64,000 nt of DNA from Eledone cirrhosa (lineage: Eukaryota). The stretch spans positions 15,810,001 to 15,874,000 of the forward strand of contig OZ024755.1 in assembly GCA_964016885.1 (NCBI GenBank). Direction: 5' to 3'. Every line of letters begins with the position of its first letter. Position 1 is the first letter of the stretch. The notes under the pieces were generated by a model. That model did no database searches and was not told the origin of the DNA. It saw only the letters and a list, made by a program, of their open reading frames with translations. Positions 58,571-64,000 of the stretch are shown in pieces. The position numbers were made by a program, and so were the translations under genes.

Positions 58571-59439
58571 CAGATGTTTAAAAAAAACTATAAGAGGAAG
58601 GATGAAAGGTAAAGCTGACCTCGGTGGAATTTGAACTCAGAACGTAAAGAGCCGTAAGAAACACCGCAAAGCATTTATCCAAAGTTCTACCGATTCTGCC
58701 AAACCAGAATGAAAATATTAAACCGAATAGATTATAAATGTGTAGCTATTTCATTTTTAGAAGAATTGAGACTTCTATTACTACTACTCCTATTATTACT
58801 ATTACTACTAACCCTACAATTACGACTACTACTACTACCATTACTGCTGCTGCTACTAATACTAACACTAATACTAATGCACAATACCGTATACAATTAC
58901 CTGGTAATTACCTGATACCTGAATGTGGTTCCGTCGGGGAAATAATGGCTAGCCTGTTTGGAATCAAACTTTTCTATTCCATAATTAAATTCTTTTCAAA
59001 TCTATTTCGCAATTGTTCGCATAGCTCTCCGGATTTCCTTTGACAAAACATTCACGTATGACGAAATATACATCATTCAGTCACCAATAGATATTATGCA
59101 TTCATAAACACATCATTCATGCTTCATACGTGTATATGTATATGTGTTTGAATGTGTGCTCTCTGTTTGCGTGTATGTGTGTGTGTGTATGTGTGCGTGT
59201 GTGTGTGTGTGGAGGGGGGGATCGTAATGTATAGATCTTGATCACATATGGGGCTATGTGAAATGGTGATTACAACATTATATAGCATAGAACTCAATAC
59301 GAATTGTAGAGTCAACGATACATACAAACGTTTTTTTTTGTTTTTTTTTATATTATAAGAAATTGTAACGGCCATGTTTCACCGTTCAAGCTCATTCAAT
59401 ATAAGTAATCGTCACAACGTTATCTAATATATATATGTG

Positions 59440-59518
<79 letters not shown>

Positions 59519-59639
59519 GGTTATATTGGAGTTTACCAATATATGTCCTCGTAAACATTATAGAAGCTCAATACTAATCAGTATCCTTGTTATAAGTCTA
59601 AATTGGTTATTCACTCTTAATTTATTTTATGTTTATATA

Positions 59640-59734
<95 letters not shown>

Positions 59735-60869
59735 AGAGAGAGAGAGAGAGGGTGGGAGACAGAGAGAGAGATAGGTAGGTAGGTATATAGGTAGGCATAT
59801 ATTATGTAGATAGATATATATATAAACGCGTACACACAAGTATGAATATATATGTTTTCGCCAGTATGAACTGTCTAGTAGCTTTGGATATCCCACAACA
59901 ATTTCATTTCCTCATCATCTTACACAGCTTTATGGTGTTGTCTGTATCACCAATCTGCTCTGTCTAAATTATAATTTTTACACAGTTTCCAATGTATTTA
60001 TTCTATTTCTGTAAGTTTGCTGCATTTTCACACTATGTGACTAATGCTTTTTAACCGTTGTTTTACCAAAGTGTGATTATATGTTCTTATCATTGCGGTA
60101 TTTCATATAGTTTGTTGTAAGCTTTTCTTTCACCGAATTTTCTTAGTTTTAAGTGGATGAAAAACAAACTTCCATATGGTTAAGATAATAATCTATCAAA
60201 AGTAATAAATGAAATATTAAAATCATTGCATTACAAATCAACGAATCAAACAACAATTTATATGTAGTACTACAGCTTACATTACAGCAACATATGGCAC
60301 ATATCAGTACATGATCCTTTCAATCAGTGTCTTAGCCAAGAAACACACTGATGAGTTGAACTCATGAAATTGTGACGTTATGACGAAGGCCATCTACAGT
60401 TTCGCTCGTTGTATGGAAACCTAGTGACGCTGTCAACTATGCCCATCCATAAATTCATACTCATGCTTATATAATCATATCAGATCATCTGTATGTCTAT
60501 GGACATTATTTATGAAATTTCCATATATATATATATATATGTGTGTGCGTGTGTGTGTGTATGTTTGTATGTTTGTGTGTGTGTGTGTGTGATGTGCATG
60601 TATGTATGTATTTATGTATGTTTGTATGTATTTATGTAAGTGTGTATAAATTCATAAGAAATTTATCTTACTGACTGTGTACTTAATGAATTCGCTTCAC
60701 AACCACATCGTTTTGGGTTCAGTTCCACTGCGTAGTGCCTTATGCAAGTATATTCTACAATTCCTTGAACAATAAGTGAAATTTGTTAGACGAAAACTGT
60801 GTGGAGGATCATCGCACCTCTATTTCTCTCTCTCTTTTACTCTTTCTCTCTCCCTCTCCTTATCTCCCC

Positions 60870-60936
<67 letters not shown>

Positions 60937-61280
60937 CAGGGAACGGGATGTTTAACTTTACTGAAGCCATAGGGAAGCGTCTTTCATTAGAAATATAGCA
61001 TCGAAAGGGTTAACACCGCATGAAGCCGAATTAACATTTTTTAAACCCTATCCTGATGTACAAATGTTTGCGTGATGTGTCAAATCTAACCTCGAACATC
61101 TAATATATCGACTGTAGCGTGCAGTCACTGATGTGTAAATGACAAACATTAAGAAATTATTTGAAACACCAAGCCTTATAATAATAAAACAGCGCAGCAT
61201 TTCAAATTATAATTCTCTATTTAACCCTTTCGCTGTCATATTTCAAATACAAAGACACTGATTATGATTTTCAAATAATA

Positions 61281-61477
61281 TAGGAGCATCGGCTGAAACG
61301 TTCATAGACTGACTATGAAGGAGTGATGCTAGAGCTGTGAAATTTTAGATGCATTAATTTCAATTCTTCTTATTGATAACTGCATTGTCTCTTTCCAGGG
61401 ATTATGTTGAAAAATAAACCTCATATGGTCATTCCATGAAGGTATCTTGATCAAGAACTTTTCAGTCGACCCTCCTA
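61281..61477. mobile_element. Mariner-type MITE
   Basis: TIRs TAGGAGCATCGGCTGAAACGTTC / GAACTTTTCAGTCGACCCTCCTA; left-end copies at 32589-32647 and 54056-54120. Confidence 0.7.
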
Positions 61478-61989
61478 ACTAACATTCTCAGTATTAAGCT
61501 CATGTAGGGTCGTGGTCTGGCAGAATCGTTAGAGTGTTGGACAAACAATTTTGCTGCATTTATGATATTATTCGTTCTTAGTTTAAATCCCACCGAGATC
61601 AACTTTCTTTTCATCCTTCCATCATTCCAGCGTCAATAGAATAAAATACAAGTTAAGGACTGGGTCGATATATTCAACTTTCTCCTTACCCCAACTTGTT
61701 AGCCTTCTTCCAATGCTAGAAAGAATTATTAAGCTGGTCTTTAGAAGATAAGGAAGGTTTCTACATAAAATGATGATGGAAGACATTTTGATAAATAGAG
61801 ACACTTTAAATCTTGTGTTACCATATTTCTAATGAAAACACTGCATGTGATTTTTAAATGATTTTGAAAATAATCGAGAATTTGTAAGGATTTAGTAATA
61901 TAACTAACTTTTTCATTATTAAGCTGTTTTTTTGGAACATAACAAATCTTAAAATTATGAAGGAAGTCTTTTAGATACACATAAATAAT

Positions 61990-62257
61990 TTAACCCTTAC
62001 CTTATCATATTTTTTAATGAAAAACACAAACACTATGATTTACAAATCATTTTTGAAAATAATCAAGATTATGTAGGGATCTAGTAACTTTCTCGTTAAT
62101 TCGGTGTTTGAAACATAACGTAACAAATATTCTCACATAAAATTATGATGGAGGGTTTTTAGATAAATATCGAAATTTTTAAATAATCATAACAGCTTGG
62201 TATCGAGTAATAGGAAGTGTCGGTCGGTTTCAGGCTGTTCGGTATCAAAAGAGTTAA
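61990..62257. mobile_element. Decayed piggyBac-type MITE
   Basis: TTAA-CCCTT...AAGAG-TTAA; related fragment 61755-61980 and copy 2262-2753. Confidence 0.5.
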
Positions 62258-62671
62258 AACACATTCATATGATATGTGATTTTTTATCGTGCTGTATGGT
62301 GTTTCAAATAATTTACTTTGTAGATTTTTGTCAGATTCCCGCCAGACATTCTATGTTACAGTCTGTTTAACAGTTAACAATATCTAATCTATACTGACAG
62401 CTTAAGGTTTATGTATTTTTGATTGTGTTTTTCTTTTTGGTTCTTCAAATATTTTTCCCCTGAGCTACTCATAAAATGTTGTTCTTACGTTCCAAATATT
62501 GATATTACTTTGAGAAATTAGTAATCTTTCTGCAAATTCTATCCTCTAAAATTTACTGACAACCTATACGGTCACTTCTAGATTCTTGAATTTCACTAGA
62601 AAATCACGTCTCGCCTTCTTTCTGTCCCTCTGTGTCTCACCATATATACGTGTATGCGTGTCTGTATGTAC

Positions 62672-62740
<69 letters not shown>

Positions 62741-63398
62741 CGTATATATATATATATACATATATACATATATACATACATACTTACATACATTCATAAG
62801 TACATACATACATACAAACATGTCTACATACATCATTTCCCCTCACTCTATACTATGAGTTAACTTTCCGTTCTCCATCTCATTACCCAGGTCAGTAGGC
62901 ATTATATAATGTATAGTGACACCTTAATCGTTGCATGTACGTTGGTACTTAGAGGGGTGTTGGCGGAGACCTACCAATATTTTTCCCTAGAGCAAGTCAA
63001 ATGTTGTCGTTATTTTAAAAGTTAAATGAAATGTATATGTCTCTCTTTCAGAAATTACTCGTCTTTTCGCTAATTATATCTGAAATTGTTTGATTGCAGC
63101 TTCGATCTGATTTTACGAAACCATCTTTACTCTCTTGTTTGTATCGAAATTTCTCTCTTTTACTTCCTTTCTCCCCCCCCCCCCTCTCTCTCCATCGCTA
63201 ATCTCTCTATCTCTATCTCTCTCTTTCACAATCTCTCTCTCTTTCCTTTTTTTCTCTTTCTTTCTCACACTGCCAATTTCCGTTCTCTTACTTTTATTAT
63301 GCATTTCCCTAAGGAGGATGTACAAATCAACAATCTACTTTTTAACAGTGTAATTCATTCCTGCATTACTTTAAGTGTCATAGACATAAGTACATAAG

Positions 63399-63436
<38 letters not shown>

Positions 63437-63439
63437 TGA

Positions 63440-63488
63440 GATTCTACAGGACTAGAACTGTTTCATTCTTTAGAAGTCATCAGGAATC
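63440..63488 (-). ncRNA. Type I hammerhead ribozyme (mirror copy)
   Basis: GAUUC-CUGAUGA-CUUC-UAAA-GAAU-GAAA-CAG...CUG-UA-GAAUC. Confidence 0.68.
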
Positions 63489-63489
63489 A

Positions 63490-63542
63490 GAGATTCCTGA
63501 TGATTTCTAAAGAATGAAACAGTTCTAGTCTTGTAGAATCTC
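63490..63542 (+). ncRNA. Type I hammerhead ribozyme
   Basis: GAGAUUC-CUGAUGA-UUUC-UAAA-GAAU-GAAA-CAG...UUG-UA-GAAUCUC; cleavage after 63535; non-canonical pair at the helix II base. Confidence 0.72.
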
Positions 63543-63679
63543 ATCTATATTAAAACTTTTATACTCTGCAATGTATTGAGTACCTTACTTACTGTGGTTA
63601 CCTCCGATTCAACCCGGAATAACGTATATATATGTGTTATACTTATATATATATGTGTTATATATATATATATATATGT

Positions 63680-63911
63680 GTTATACTTTGTGAGGGTCAT
63701 GCTGTCAATAAAAACACACGCACCTGTTGGTTTTCACTTCAATTTATTATAAGTTTCCGGTTGGTTGGTTGATTGGTTCGATACCGGAAGTTTGTTTATA
63801 TATTGTCAAAGCTCTTTCGTCACACATTCTGACCCTCCCAAAGTATAACAATATCTGTTTCAACACACGTTTTCTGATAAGAAATCTCGCAAAACAAATT
63901 CAAAAACAAAT
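63680..63911. mobile_element. HHR element family A, second copy
   Basis: Long minus arm reaching HHR helix II (TTTCGTCACACA), joined at TGACC to plus-strand CCCTCCCAAAGTATAACAATAT and tail. Confidence 0.78.
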
Positions 63912-63927
63912 TATATATATATATATA

Positions 63928-63992
63928 CTACCCTAAGTATTGGTACTCTGGTGCGCTATGGTCCACCTGGTATCTTACCCCTCCTTGTTATT
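63928..63992 (+). mobile_element. Family G tail
   Basis: Similar to 47647-47714; TA flanks. Confidence 0.7.
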
Positions 63993-64000
63993 ATATATAT

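Larger units (their letters stand above)
63434..63625. mobile_element. HHR element family C: head-to-head palindrome (63434-63546) plus tail
   Basis: 55-bp arms, 3-nt spacer, 2 mismatches; microsatellite flanks. Confidence 0.8.

Noticed and set aside
60346-60400. CTGATGAGTTGAACTCATGAAA as an HHR
   Set aside because: Helices I and III cannot be formed convincingly; a competing hairpin sequesters the core

Overview
AT-rich eukaryotic non-genic or intronic DNA, saturated with microsatellites ((TA)n, (TG)n, (TC)n, (TAA)n, (GAA)n, (GAT)n, (TAGG)n). The SINE complement suggests a cephalopod (octopus-like) genome; this is an inference. No intact host protein-coding gene is supported, and nearly all listed ORFs are microsatellite translations. 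Real coding remnants are all non-LTR retrotransposon fragments: an RTE-clade copy with a 5' inversion, a CR1-group RT 3' half, an R4/Dong-like restriction-like-endonuclease (REL) fragment inside (TAA)n, an L1/Tx1 3' end, and a decayed R4-like 5' half. There are also two tRNA-derived SINE families and several Tc1/mariner, hAT and piggyBac-type MITEs. The main hidden signal is at least 8 distinct families of short non-coding elements that sit in (TA)n tracts and carry type I hammerhead ribozyme (HHR) folds (CUGANGA...GAAA...NUH with helices I-III traceable by eye). About 10 cores are complete or nearly so, and about 7 are degenerate or half cores. Most are inserted as head-to-head inverted pairs, as expected for Penelope-like pLTR or retrozyme-like non-autonomous retroelements. 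Two copies begin within 1 nt of the predicted self-cleavage site. All folds were read manually; no computation was run.
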